From an uncultured Actinomycetota bacterium (lineage in GTDB: Bacteria; Actinomycetota; Actinomycetes; Actinomycetales; Dermatophilaceae): a stretch of DNA of 64,000 nt. The stretch is from NCBI GenBank assembly GCA_963845815.1, contig CAWJTD010000001.1, positions 845,738 through 909,737 of the forward strand. Reading direction: 5' to 3'. Below the pieces are notes generated by a model. That model saw only the letters and a list, made by a program, of their open reading frames with translations, was not told where the DNA came from and searched no databases. Below are positions 49,879-58,813 of the stretch, piece by piece (position 1 is the first letter of the stretch; every line of letters begins with the position of its first letter). A program made the position numbers and the translations under genes.

Positions 49879-50718
49879 TCAGGCCTCCTTGGCCCAGGGG
49901 GCGACGAGCCGCACGAGCAGCTGCATGCCGTAGGAGAAGAAGGCGCCGAGCAGGCCGATGACGAGCATCGCGGTGACCATGATGTCGGTGTCCAGCGTCT
50001 TGGACGAGTTCAAGGTGACGTAGCCCAGGCCGGCCGCGGCAGCCAGCAGCTCGGCTGCGATCAGGGTCATCCATGCGTTGCCGAGGGCGATCCGGGCGCC
50101 GGCCACGATGGTGGGCAGCGCGGTGCGGATGACGACCCGACGCAGGATCAGCAGGTCGCTGGCGCCGAGGGTGCGGGCCGCGCGGATCAGGATCGAGTCT
50201 ACCGAGCTGACCGCGGCGATCGAGTTCATCACCCACGGGATGAGCGCGGCCAGGAAGACCACGAAGATCCGGGCCACGTCGGAGATCCCGAGCCAGACGA
50301 TGGCCAGCGGGATCCAGGCCAGCGGCGGGATCGGGCGCAGCATCTGGAAGAGCGGGAAGATGAACCAGCGCACCGGCTGCCACCAGCCGATGGCGATCCC
50401 GAGCGGTACCCCGACCAGTCCGGCGAGGGCCCAACCGCCCAGGACGATCCGCAGGCTGACCAGGGTGTGGCCCCCGAGTGTCTCGCCGAGGTACGGCTGG
50501 GCGAGCATGCCGGTGAAGGCGCGCCAGACGTCCTGTGGCGGCGGTAGCAGCAGCGGCTCGACAAGCTCCGCCGGTCCGGACGCGAGGTACCAGAGGCCGA
50601 TGAACCCCACGGTGGCCAGGACCGCGACGAGCAGACCCTGGGCCCGTCCGAGCGGGCGCCGCAACCGGATGGTCGCGCGCCGGATGGCGCTGGGAGGTCG
50701 AGTGACGGCGGTGACCAC
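49879..50718 (-). CDS. ABC transporter permease (NitT/TauT)
   Basis: LRPIPPLAWIP, IRAARTLGA, LIAAELL; GGAGGAGG RBS before GTG 50718. Confidence 0.92.
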   Translation of the reverse strand: MVTAVTRPPSAIRRATIRLRRPLGRAQGLLVAVLATVGFIGLWYLASGPAELVEPLLLPPPQDVWRAFTGMLAQPYLGETLGGHTLVSLRIVLGGWALAGLVGVPLGIAIGWWQPVRWFIFPLFQMLRPIPPLAWIPLAIVWLGISDVARIFVVFLAALIPWVMNSIAAVSSVDSILIRAARTLGASDLLILRRVVIRTALPTIVAGARIALGNAWMTLIAAELLAAAAGLGYVTLNSSKTLDTDIMVTAMLVIGLLGAFFSYGMQLLVRLVAPWAKEA

Positions 50719-50862
50719 CGGGGGACCTCCTCCAACTTGGGACGGACGCGTGGGAGTCACCCTAGTGCGTGCTGACCGTTTGTCCAGCACTTTTGTGCAA
50801 GTCGTTATTTGAGCGGGAACGAAGTTTCTGCGAGTAGTCTCTGAGCACCAGACGGGAAGGGA

Positions 50863-51879
50863 TTGCACGTGTCGGATGACCACTCTGCGCCGCCGGCCGG
50901 GGCCGGCTCGCCCGGGCCGGAGCATCGCTTCGCACCCGAGCTGCTCTACTCCGCAGCCCAGCTGTACTACCTCGAGGACGCCAGCCAGGCCGACATCGCC
51001 GTGCGACTGGGGACCAGCCGGGCCACGGTGAGCCGGGTGCTCGCCGAGGCCCGGCGCCAGGGCATCGTCAAGATCGACGTCGTGTCCCCGGGCGTGGTCG
51101 ACCACCAGTCCCTGGGTGAGCAGGTGGCCCAGGCGCTGGGTCTGATCGACGTGTTCGTGGTCCCCCGCGCCCCCAGTGGGCTGCTCGGGTCATCCCTCGC
51201 GGTCGGCGTCTGTGCTGCGTTGGAGGCGGCCGACCTGCACGCCGGCGACGTGCTCCTGGTCTCCAGCGGACGCACCGTCTACGAGGTGGCCCAGGCCGAG
51301 CTGCCGCACCTGCCCGGCGTCGTCGTGGCCCCGATGATCGGCGGTCACGACGAGCCGGAGGCGTGGTACCAGCCGAACGAGATCGCCCGGCAGTTCGCCA
51401 AGAAGATCGACGGGTACCCCACCTTCTTGTATGCACCGGCGCTGCCCGGCCCGGACCTGCACGAGAGCCTGCTCAACGAGCCGTCGATCCAGCGCGTCGT
51501 CGGGCTGTGGACCTCGGCGCGGTGCGCGGTCGTCGGCATCGGTGCGCCGCCGATCACCCGCCAGTCGATCCCGCGGTTCATCCCGACGGACGCGATGTCG
51601 CTGCGCGAGGCGGTCGGCGACGTCTGCTCCCGGTTCTATGACCGGGAGGGGGCGATGGTGCCGTTCCCCGGCAGCGAGCACCTGCTGTCCACCGGGCTGG
51701 ATGTCCTCAGCGAGATCCCGGTGACGATCGGGGTCGCCGTCGGGGCCGACAAGCTGGTGAGCATCGCGGTCGGTGCCCGGGCCGGCTACTTCAACCGGCT
51801 CGTGACCGACGCGGACACGGCGCTCGCGCTCGTCGCCCAGGCGGGAAGCTCACCGAACCGGTCACCGCAGGCGGACTGA
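50863..51879 (+). CDS. SorC/DeoR family sugar-binding transcriptional regulator
   Basis: AAQLYYLEDASQADIA..LGTSRATVSRVL; sugar-binding C-terminal domain. Confidence 0.9.
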   Translation: MHVSDDHSAPPAGAGSPGPEHRFAPELLYSAAQLYYLEDASQADIAVRLGTSRATVSRVLAEARRQGIVKIDVVSPGVVDHQSLGEQVAQALGLIDVFVVPRAPSGLLGSSLAVGVCAALEAADLHAGDVLLVSSGRTVYEVAQAELPHLPGVVVAPMIGGHDEPEAWYQPNEIARQFAKKIDGYPTFLYAPALPGPDLHESLLNEPSIQRVVGLWTSARCAVVGIGAPPITRQSIPRFIPTDAMSLREAVGDVCSRFYDREGAMVPFPGSEHLLSTGLDVLSEIPVTIGVAVGADKLVSIAVGARAGYFNRLVTDADTALALVAQAGSSPNRSPQAD

Positions 51880-51917
51880 GCCCGGCCTACCCGTGACCGC
51901 CGCACGCCGGGCTCGCC

Positions 51918-52394
51918 TCAGCGCAGCGCGGGCACGCGGAGCTCGAGGACCTGCCGGGTGTGCACCGGGACGTGGTCGTCCGCGAGGCCGTCCACCAGGG
52001 CGGACAACGGGATGGGCTGATCCACCACGAGCGCGTCGTTGGACACCAGGAGGCACGGCACCTGGACCGACGCGTCGTCGTGGCTGAGGTGGTCGGCGAT
52101 GTCGCACAGCAGCGCGGACTGCCGGGCCACCTGGTCGAGGAGTGCCGCCCTGCCGGAGTGCGCGGCGATGATCCGCTCGAGGTTCCACGGGTCGAGGCAG
52201 ATCCGGTTGTCGAAGGTCGGTCGCGCGCCCGAGATCACCCCGAGGGCGACGGCTGCGATCGAGGAGTCGACGCTGACCAGGTGGGCCAGGATCTGGTCGA
52301 CGTTCCAGCCACCGTCGGCGGCGTCACCGAGGTCGGGGTGGGCGGCGGCCTCGAGCAGCCCGCTGTAGGCGGCGCGGAGCTTCGTGGTGTCCAT
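51918..52394 (-). CDS. DinB/YfiT-like hypothetical protein
   Basis: WNVDQILAHL ... DDH..VHTRQ putative metal-binding His pattern. Confidence 0.65.
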   Translation of the reverse strand: MDTTKLRAAYSGLLEAAAHPDLGDAADGGWNVDQILAHLVSVDSSIAAVALGVISGARPTFDNRICLDPWNLERIIAAHSGRAALLDQVARQSALLCDIADHLSHDDASVQVPCLLVSNDALVVDQPIPLSALVDGLADDHVPVHTRQVLELRVPALR

Positions 52395-52508
52395 CTGGTG
52401 TCCTTCCGGTGGGTGACAACGTCGTCGGTAGTGCAACCACACAGTTGCACGCGGATCTCTAATGTGCAACTCTGAGATTGCACTCACGACACGACGAAGG
52501 AGCCACCG

Positions 52509-52952
52509 ATGGACACCGACCGAATCGAACGAGACACGCTGATCGAGGCTTCCGTCGAGCGGGTCTGGTCGTTCGTCTCCCGCGCCGGCTTCTGGGTTGC
52601 CGACGACGCCTCCCTGCCCGACCGAGAGGCCGTGCCGGGCGAGGTGATGATCGCCAAGGGTGGCCACGGGGACTTCCCCGTGCGGGTGGAGACGGTCGAG
52701 CCGTCGAGCTACCTGGCGTACCGCTGGACCAGCGCGTTCCCGGGCGAGGAGCTGCGCGAGGACAACAGCACCCTGGTGGAGTTCACCCTGACCGCGGAGG
52801 GTGACTCGACCCGGTTGCGGGTCGTCGAGAGCGGATTCGCGGCGCTGGCCGGCTCCGACGAGCTGCGCCGACGGACCATGCAGGACAACACCGGCGGCTG
52901 GCCCCAGGTGTTGCAGGCGGTGAAGGCGCGCCTGGAGGACTCGGCGGCGTGA
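52509..52952 (+). CDS. SRPBCC/AHSA1 domain protein
   Basis: ERVWSF, LAYRW, TLVEFTL, TRLRVVESGF, GGW. Confidence 0.88.
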   Translation: MDTDRIERDTLIEASVERVWSFVSRAGFWVADDASLPDREAVPGEVMIAKGGHGDFPVRVETVEPSSYLAYRWTSAFPGEELREDNSTLVEFTLTAEGDSTRLRVVESGFAALAGSDELRRRTMQDNTGGWPQVLQAVKARLEDSAA

Positions 52953-53323
52953 CCGACGCACCCGGCAGGGCGGCCGGCGCCGTCGACGACGTGTTGACGG
53001 CGTTGGCCGACCCGACCCGGCGTCAGCTGCTGGACCTGCTGGCAGCGAGCGCCGGGGCGACGGCGACCACCCTCGCCGAGGAAGTTCCGGTCTCGCGCCA
53101 AGCGGTGGTCAAGCACCTCGCCGTCCTCGACGCGGCCGGGCTCGTCTCGAGCAGGCGAGTCGGCCGCGAGGTGCGGTATGCCGTGCGGGCCGAGCCGCTC
53201 GACGCGACGGCGCGGTGGATGGCCGCGCTCGCGACCCAGTGGGACCGGCGGCTGGCGGCGATCAAGCAAGCGGCCGAGGCGGCCGAGCGGGAGGCGAGCC
53301 TGGGGCGGGCGCCTCGGGAGTGA
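52949..53323 (+). CDS. ArsR/SmtB family regulator
   Basis: ALADPTRRQLL, VSRQAVVKHLAVL, RRVGREVRY. Confidence 0.9.
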   Translation: MTDAPGRAAGAVDDVLTALADPTRRQLLDLLAASAGATATTLAEEVPVSRQAVVKHLAVLDAAGLVSSRRVGREVRYAVRAEPLDATARWMAALATQWDRRLAAIKQAAEAAEREASLGRAPRE

Positions 53324-53335
53324 GTCGGGCTTCCG

Positions 53336-53412
53336 TGGTGGCCAGGGGCGGGGTCGAACCGCCGACCTTCCGATTTTCAGTCGGACGCTCGTACCAACTG
53401 AGCTACCTGGCC
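53336..53412 (-). tRNA. tRNA-Phe (GAA)
   Basis: Reverse complement GGCCAGGTAGCTCAGTTGG...TCCGA-CTGAAAA-TCGGA...GGTTCGACCCC...GGCCACCA; CCA encoded. Confidence 0.97.
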
Positions 53413-53598
53413 GAGTCTGCGGGTCATCGTGCGGGACCGGCGCAGACAGCAGGCCGGATCGCTCCGGCCGGGCCCGACTATACCCGAGTCGGGGCTGGCC
53501 CTCACGCCGCCCGGGCGAGTGCACGGATGACCTACGATCGATCGGTCCGAAGCGCCGGCGGGCCCTCCGCCGCCACGACAGGGAGCGGGATCGTCAGC

Positions 53599-54447
53599 AT
53601 GGGCATGACCAGGATCGGTGTCGTCGGGTGCGGCCTCATGGGCGCCGGGATCGCGGAGGTGTGCGCTCGAGCTGGGCTGGACGTCCTGGTCGTCGAGTCG
53701 AGCGAGACCGCCGCTGCGGCCGGCCGAAAACGCCTGGAGACCTCGCTGCACCGGGCCCAGGAGCGAGGCAAGGTCGCCAACGCCGAGGAGGTCCTGGCCA
53801 GGATCACCCTCGGCACCGACCTGGCCGCGCTCGCCGACCGCGAGCTGGTCATCGAGGCGATCATCGAGGACGAAGCCGCCAAGGTGGCGCTGTTCCGCCA
53901 GCTCGACGCGATCGTCACCTCCCCGGTTGCGATCCTCGCTTCGAACACCTCCTCGATCCCGATCATGAAGCTCGCCGTGGTCACCGAGCGGCCGAGCCAC
54001 GTCGTCGGCATCCACTTCTTCAACCCGGTGCCGGTGCTCTCGCTGGTCGAGCTCGTCCCCAGCCTGCTCACCGCCAAGGACACCACCGACCAGGCCCGGG
54101 TCTTCGTCGAGGAGACCCTCGGCAAGCACGCCATCGACTGCCAGGACCGGGCCGGCTTCGTCGTCAACGCCCTGCTCATCCCCTTCATCCTCAGCGCCAT
54201 CCGGATGCTCGAGTCCGGCTTCGCCACCGCCGAGGACATCGACCAGGGCCTGGTCCGCGGCGCCGCCCACCCGCAGGGACCCCTGGCCCTGGCCGACCTG
54301 ATCGGGCTGGACACGACCAAGGCGGTCGCCGAGTCGCTGTACGAGGAGTTCAAGGAGCCGCTGTATGCCGCCCCGCCGCTGCTCAACCGGATGGTCGACG
54401 CCGGACTGCTCGGGCGCAAGACCGGCCGCGGGTTCTATACCTACTGA
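53599..54447 (+). CDS. hbd: 3-hydroxybutyryl-CoA dehydrogenase
   Basis: GVVGCGLMGAGIA, EAIIE, ASNTSS, HFFNPVP, GFVVNALL, GRKTGRGFY. Confidence 0.93.
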   Translation: MGMTRIGVVGCGLMGAGIAEVCARAGLDVLVVESSETAAAAGRKRLETSLHRAQERGKVANAEEVLARITLGTDLAALADRELVIEAIIEDEAAKVALFRQLDAIVTSPVAILASNTSSIPIMKLAVVTERPSHVVGIHFFNPVPVLSLVELVPSLLTAKDTTDQARVFVEETLGKHAIDCQDRAGFVVNALLIPFILSAIRMLESGFATAEDIDQGLVRGAAHPQGPLALADLIGLDTTKAVAESLYEEFKEPLYAAPPLLNRMVDAGLLGRKTGRGFYTY

Positions 54448-54537
54448 CCGACCCTGGTGCCTGGCGGCAGCGACCGCCGCCGCCCGCCGTTCGCTACTTG
54501 AGGAACAATCCCGGTCGCCCGTAGGTTGGATCCTATA

Positions 54538-54552
54538 TACCCCGTGGGGGTA
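54538..54552. promoter_or_regulatory. CsoR operator TACCCC-GTG-GGGGTA
   Basis: Palindrome with G/C tracts 13 nt upstream of the csoR ATG; matches the CsoR/RicR-type TACC...GGTA box. Confidence 0.85.
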
Positions 54553-54565
54553 GGAAGGCGGCGAG

Positions 54566-54856
54566 ATGAGCGAGACGTACGGGTACCACGACACCAAGGA
54601 CAGTCACCTCAAGCGGCTGCGCCGCGTCGAGGGACAGGTGCGCGGACTGCAGCGGATGGTCGAGGGCGACGAGTACTGCATCGACATCCTCACCCAGGTC
54701 TCCGCAGCGACCAAGGCACTCCAGTCGTTCTCGCTCCTGCTGCTCGAGGAACACCTCGAGCACTGCGTCGTCGACGCCGCCCGACGCGGCGGCCCTGAGG
54801 CCCAGGAGAAGGTGCGCGAGGCCTCCGAGGCCATCGCCCGGCTCGTGCGGTCCTGA
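54566..54856 (+). CDS. csoR: Copper-sensing repressor CsoR/RicR
   Basis: RLRRVEGQVRGL.RMV...YCIDILTQ...HLEHC (Cys-His-Cys Cu ligands). Confidence 0.92.
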   Translation: MSETYGYHDTKDSHLKRLRRVEGQVRGLQRMVEGDEYCIDILTQVSAATKALQSFSLLLLEEHLEHCVVDAARRGGPEAQEKVREASEAIARLVRS

Positions 54857-54899
54857 CCCAGTTCCCCTCCGCATCACCGACAGCACCAGAGGAGCAACG

Positions 54900-55115
54900 A
54901 TGAGCAACCAGACCTACCAGGTGACCGGGATGACCTGTGAGCACTGCGTGAGCGCGGTGACCGACGAGCTCCAGGCCGTCGCGGGAGTCCGTGACGTCGC
55001 GGTCACCCTCGTCGCCGGCGGGGCGTCCACCGTCACCGTCGAGAGCGAACGCGAGCTGAGCTCCGACGAGGTCGCGACCGCTCTCGACGAGGCGGGCGAC
55101 TACTCCCTCGCCTGA
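54900..55115 (+). CDS. copZ: Copper chaperone (HMA domain)
   Basis: VTGMTCEHCV. Confidence 0.92.
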   Translation: MSNQTYQVTGMTCEHCVSAVTDELQAVAGVRDVAVTLVAGGASTVTVESERELSSDEVATALDEAGDYSLA

Positions 55116-55159
55116 GCCGCGTCGACGGCGGGCGGCACGGGTACGGCATACTCGCGTCC

Positions 55160-55519
55160 GTGGAGAGACGCTGGCCCGGCTGGGTCTACGCCAAGGGCGA
55201 CGAACCCGACCCCCGCTTCTCGTTCGCCAACGAACGCACGTTCCTGGCCTGGATCCGCACCGCACTGGCCCTGTTGGCGGCCGGGGTCGCCCTGCACGCG
55301 ATCCCGCTGCAGATCTCCGCGCGGGCCCGCGACGCGCTGTCCCTGGTCTTCATCGTCCTCGGCATCGTCGCCTCGACCGCCGGCTGGCTTCGCTGGGCCC
55401 GATCGGAACGGGCGATGCGGCTGAACCTCCCGCTGCCCGGCCTGGCCCTCGGGGCGGTTCTCGGGATCGCGCTCGTGGCCGCCGGGGTGGCGTTGCTCGC
55501 GATCCTCGTGCTCGGCTGA
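55160..55519 (+). CDS. YidH / DUF202 membrane protein
   Basis: DPRFSFANERTFLAWIRT. Confidence 0.9.
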   Translation: MERRWPGWVYAKGDEPDPRFSFANERTFLAWIRTALALLAAGVALHAIPLQISARARDALSLVFIVLGIVASTAGWLRWARSERAMRLNLPLPGLALGAVLGIALVAAGVALLAILVLG

Positions 55520-55523
55520 CCCG

Positions 55524-55865
55524 ATGGGCAGCCACCCCTGGGACCCGTCGCTCAGTGACCGCGACCCCGGGCTGCAACCGGAGCGGACCGCCCTGGCCTG
55601 GCAACGGACGGCGCTGTCGATGGCGGCGGCTGCGGCCATCGTCGCCCGGCTGACCGTCGGCCGGCTCGGGGTGATCACCCTGATCGTCCTGGCGTTCTGC
55701 CTCGCCCACGCGGCCGTGCTCTTCCGCAACTCCCGGCGCCGGTATGACGCGCGCACCGGTGCCGCGTCGCACCAGCCCCGTGCCGTCGGGGTGCACGGGG
55801 CGCTGCTGGGCCTGCAGGTCATCCTGCTGGCGATGCTCGAGCTGCTCTCGATCGCGAGCGGCTGA
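55524..55865 (+). CDS. DUF202 membrane protein
   Basis: DPGLQPERTALAWQRT. Confidence 0.88.
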   Translation: MGSHPWDPSLSDRDPGLQPERTALAWQRTALSMAAAAAIVARLTVGRLGVITLIVLAFCLAHAAVLFRNSRRRYDARTGAASHQPRAVGVHGALLGLQVILLAMLELLSIASG

Positions 55866-55933
55866 GGGCAGCACGGCCAGCCCGTGCGTGGCAGGCCCGC
55901 CCGACGAGGACCTGCCGGACGAGGACCGCACGC

Positions 55934-55967
55934 GGAAGGCCCGCACCCCACGGGGCACGGGCCTTCC
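55934..55967. terminator. Hairpin terminator between the DUF202 genes and tRNA-Asp (possibly bidirectional)
   Basis: GGAAGGCCCG (55934-55943) pairs with CGGGCCTTCC (55958-55967). Confidence 0.7.
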
Positions 55968-55975
55968 TTCTCGAG

Positions 55976-56049
55976 CGACCCCGACCGGGCTCGAACCGGC
56001 GACCTCCGCCGTGACAGGGCGGCGCGCTAACCAACTGCGCTACGGGGCC
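55976..56049 (-). tRNA. tRNA-Asp (GTC)
   Basis: Reverse complement GGCCCCGTAGCGCAGTTGG...CCGCC-CTGTCAC-GGCGG...GGTTCGAGCC...GGGGTCG; CCA not encoded. Confidence 0.96.
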
Positions 56050-56078
56050 TGGGTTGGTGCAGGCCTTGCGTTACTGCG

Positions 56079-56151
56079 TATCCCCAACGGGATTCGAACC
56101 CGTGCTGCCGCCGTGAAAGGGCGGAGTCCTAGGCCGCTAGACGATGGGGAC
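56079..56151 (-). tRNA. tRNA-Glu (TTC)
   Basis: Reverse complement GTCCCCATCGTCTAGCGG...CCGCC-CTTTCAC-GGCGG...GGTTCGAATCC...GGGGATA; CCA not encoded. Confidence 0.96.
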
Positions 56152-56289
56152 CCGTTGCCTCCAGGGACCCCCCGTCATACTGAGCCGACCTAGTCACAGT
56201 GCTTCGGATCCGTCGAGGACTCCGAAAGCATAGGGGATGGGCCAGCGGGGTCAAAATCGCCTGGCAACCCTCCGTGGCCGGCCCGGACC

Positions 56290-57336
56290 TCAGCCCGCCG
56301 CCCACTCCAGGACCCGCTCCAGCGGCCAGGTCGTGACGATCCGGTCGGCCGGGATGTCGAGCCGCTGGGCCCGCTCGCAGCCGTACGCCTTCATGTCCAG
56401 CTGGCCGGGTGCGTGCGCGTCCGAGTCGATCGCGAAGAGGCAGCCGAGGTCGCGGGCGAGCACGATGAGCTCGTCGGGCGGGTCGCAGCGCTCGGGGCGG
56501 GAGTTGATCTCGACGGCGATGTTGCTCTCCAGGCAGGCCCGGAAGACCGCCTCGGCGTCGAACTCGGACTGGGCGCGCTTGCCGCGGGAGCCGGTCACCA
56601 GCCGGCCGGTGCAGTGTCCCAGGACGTTGACCCGGGGGTTGCGGACCGCGGCCACCATCCGGCGGGTCATCGGCGCGGAGCTCATCGCCAGCTTGGAGTG
56701 CACCGAGGCCGTGACGACGTCCAGGCGGTCGAGCATCTCCTCGCTCTGGTCGAGCTCCCCGTCGTCGAGGATGTCAACCTCGATGCCCTTGAGCAGCCGG
56801 AACCGGTCGCCGAGCGAGGCGTTGATCGCCTCGACGACGCCGAGCTGCTCGGTGAGCCGCGCTGCCGTCAGGCCGTTGGCGATCCGCAGCCGCGGCGAGT
56901 GGTCGGTCAAGGCCAGCCATTCGTGCCCGAGCTCGACCGCGGCCAGCACCATCTCCTGGATCGGTGACCCGCCGTCACTCCAGTCCGAGTGGCTGTGCAG
57001 GTCGCCGACGACCGCGGCATACAGCTCCTCGCCGCCACGCACGAGCGGCTCGGACTCCTTCTCCTGCAACGACTCCAGGTATGCCGGCAGCTCGCCGCGG
57101 ACCGCTTGGCTGACTACGGCGCCGGTCGAGCCGCCGACGCCGGACAGCTCGGTCAGCGTGTCCTGCTCGACGCGGTCGGCCAGCTCCTGCTCGGACAGCG
57201 CCGCGATGGTCTTCTCCGCCTTGCGGAAGGCCTCGACCCGGTACGTCCCGGCGCGGGAGCGCTCCAGCAGGAAGGCGATCCGGCGCAGCGCCTCGGAGGG
57301 CGTCACCGGTGCGGACAGTGGCTGGACGGGAATCAC
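56290..57336 (-). CDS. PHP domain protein with N-terminal PolX-like helical domain
   Basis: YRVEAFRKA, HhH-like SGVGGSTG, DLHSHSDWSDG, TDHS, GHCTGR, DSDAH. Confidence 0.88.
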   Translation of the reverse strand: MIPVQPLSAPVTPSEALRRIAFLLERSRAGTYRVEAFRKAEKTIAALSEQELADRVEQDTLTELSGVGGSTGAVVSQAVRGELPAYLESLQEKESEPLVRGGEELYAAVVGDLHSHSDWSDGGSPIQEMVLAAVELGHEWLALTDHSPRLRIANGLTAARLTEQLGVVEAINASLGDRFRLLKGIEVDILDDGELDQSEEMLDRLDVVTASVHSKLAMSSAPMTRRMVAAVRNPRVNVLGHCTGRLVTGSRGKRAQSEFDAEAVFRACLESNIAVEINSRPERCDPPDELIVLARDLGCLFAIDSDAHAPGQLDMKAYGCERAQRLDIPADRIVTTWPLERVLEWAAG

Positions 57337-57377
57337 GCGGTCAGTCTGGCATCACCGGCGGACGATCCACCGACCTG

Positions 57378-58154
57378 TCAGCCCACGCTGGCGATGTCGC
57401 CGTACCGCTGGCGCAGGGACGTCCGCTGCCCGTCGGTGGCATCCGCCCCCAGGGTGATCCGCACCCGACCGAGGTCGTCACAGGCCACGTCCGCAACCGG
57501 GAACCCGCCTTGACGCAGCGCCGGCACGTCGGTCCTGACCCGGTCAAGGTTCGCGGAACAGGCCGTCGCGGAGTAAGCCGACTGGACGAACGCGATCGGC
57601 GCCGCGCGCGGCACCCCCTCGGTCACCACCGCCATCGCCGCCGGGTCGAGCCGGGTCAGGTAGTAGGTCGCCTGGGCCTCGGGGGCGGGACGCACCACGA
57701 CGCCGGTGAAGATCTCGTCGTACGGCCGGCTGGTCAAGGTCGTCCGGACCCGGGCCAGGGCGTCGGCGGCCGAGTCCCAGGCGAAGCCGGGGTCGCCCGC
57801 GCGGGCGACCACGGTGGTCGGGCTGGCCGGGGCCTTCGCGTCCGCGGTCGGACCGGCCAGACCCTGACCGGGTGCAACGTCGCCCGATCCCGGTGCTGCC
57901 GGCTGGGCGGACTGCCGCTCTGGAGCCGCGCCGGCCACCGAGGAGGTGACACCGCTGTGCTGCGGGACGTTGACGACGATGAGGGTGCCGATCACGACTG
58001 CCGCGGCCGCGCCGAGCAGTCCCGTCGACCAGGTCCGCCGCTGGGCCAGCCGGCGCTGGCCGGCCGCCAGCGCCCGCTCGTCGAAGCCGCCGGCGTCGGG
58101 CGGCGTCAGCTCGTCGACCCGATGGAGCTGTTCGCGCAACCGTTCCTCGGTCAT
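57378..58154 (-). CDS. Putative membrane-anchored anti-sigma factor
   Basis: MTEERLREQL start overlapping the sigma stop (ATGA); single TM; extracytoplasmic C-terminus with two Cys. Confidence 0.6.
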   Translation of the reverse strand: MTEERLREQLHRVDELTPPDAGGFDERALAAGQRRLAQRRTWSTGLLGAAAAVVIGTLIVVNVPQHSGVTSSVAGAAPERQSAQPAAPGSGDVAPGQGLAGPTADAKAPASPTTVVARAGDPGFAWDSAADALARVRTTLTSRPYDEIFTGVVVRPAPEAQATYYLTRLDPAAMAVVTEGVPRAAPIAFVQSAYSATACSANLDRVRTDVPALRQGGFPVADVACDDLGRVRITLGADATDGQRTSLRQRYGDIASVG

Positions 58155-58684
58155 GACGTCACCTCCTTGTCCTGTGCGTCGTCGTCGGATTCATCGATCT
58201 CGTCTGTCGGGTCGCCGAGCTGGGTCCGCATCACGGCGAGCGCCCGGGAGAGCTGGCTCTTCACCGTGCCCTCCGGGATGCCGAGCTCCTGGGCGATCTG
58301 CGGGACGCTGAGGTCCTGGTAGAACCGCAGCACCACCACCGCCCGTTGGTTGGCCGGCAGGTCCCTGAGCAGTCGGGTGAGCGTGACCGTCAGGGCTGCG
58401 TCCGGGTCCTCGGTCCCCCGCTCGGGCAGGACGGCCAGGGTGACCTCGCGGCCCCACTTGCGTCTGTTGTTGAGGTAGGTGCGCAGCATCGTCGTGCGGG
58501 TGTACGACTCCACCGCCTTGCTGGAGGAGATCCGGGGCCAGGCGACGTACACCTTGGCCAGGGACTCCTGGACGAGGTCGTCGCCGTCTGCCCAGCCACC
58601 GCACAACAGGTATGCCGTGCGGCGCAGCGCCAGCGATCGCTCGCGCACGAACTGCATGAACTCCTCGTCCCGCACCCGCGACAC
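58151..58684 (-). CDS. ECF sigma factor (Streptomyces SigE-family)
   Basis: LRRTAYLLCG, DDLVQESL, QRAVVVLRFYQDLS, GTVKSQLSRAL. Confidence 0.92.
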   Translation of the reverse strand: MSRVRDEEFMQFVRERSLALRRTAYLLCGGWADGDDLVQESLAKVYVAWPRISSSKAVESYTRTTMLRTYLNNRRKWGREVTLAVLPERGTEDPDAALTVTLTRLLRDLPANQRAVVVLRFYQDLSVPQIAQELGIPEGTVKSQLSRALAVMRTQLGDPTDEIDESDDDAQDKEVTS

Positions 58685-58813
58685 ACCTCACCTGCCCTCC
58701 TGTGGGGTTCAGAGACCACTCTTCACCAGAAGGGACACCCGACGGGCCCGATTCGTTCCCCGTGTCGGGCGCAGACTCGTTCCCCGCGGCGGGCGAAGAT
58801 CGGGCCCTGCGAC

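Noticed and set aside
42549-53336. Integrative element anchored at the tRNA-Phe 3' end
   Set aside because: No integrase, and no duplicated tRNA 3' end (att site) found by eye.
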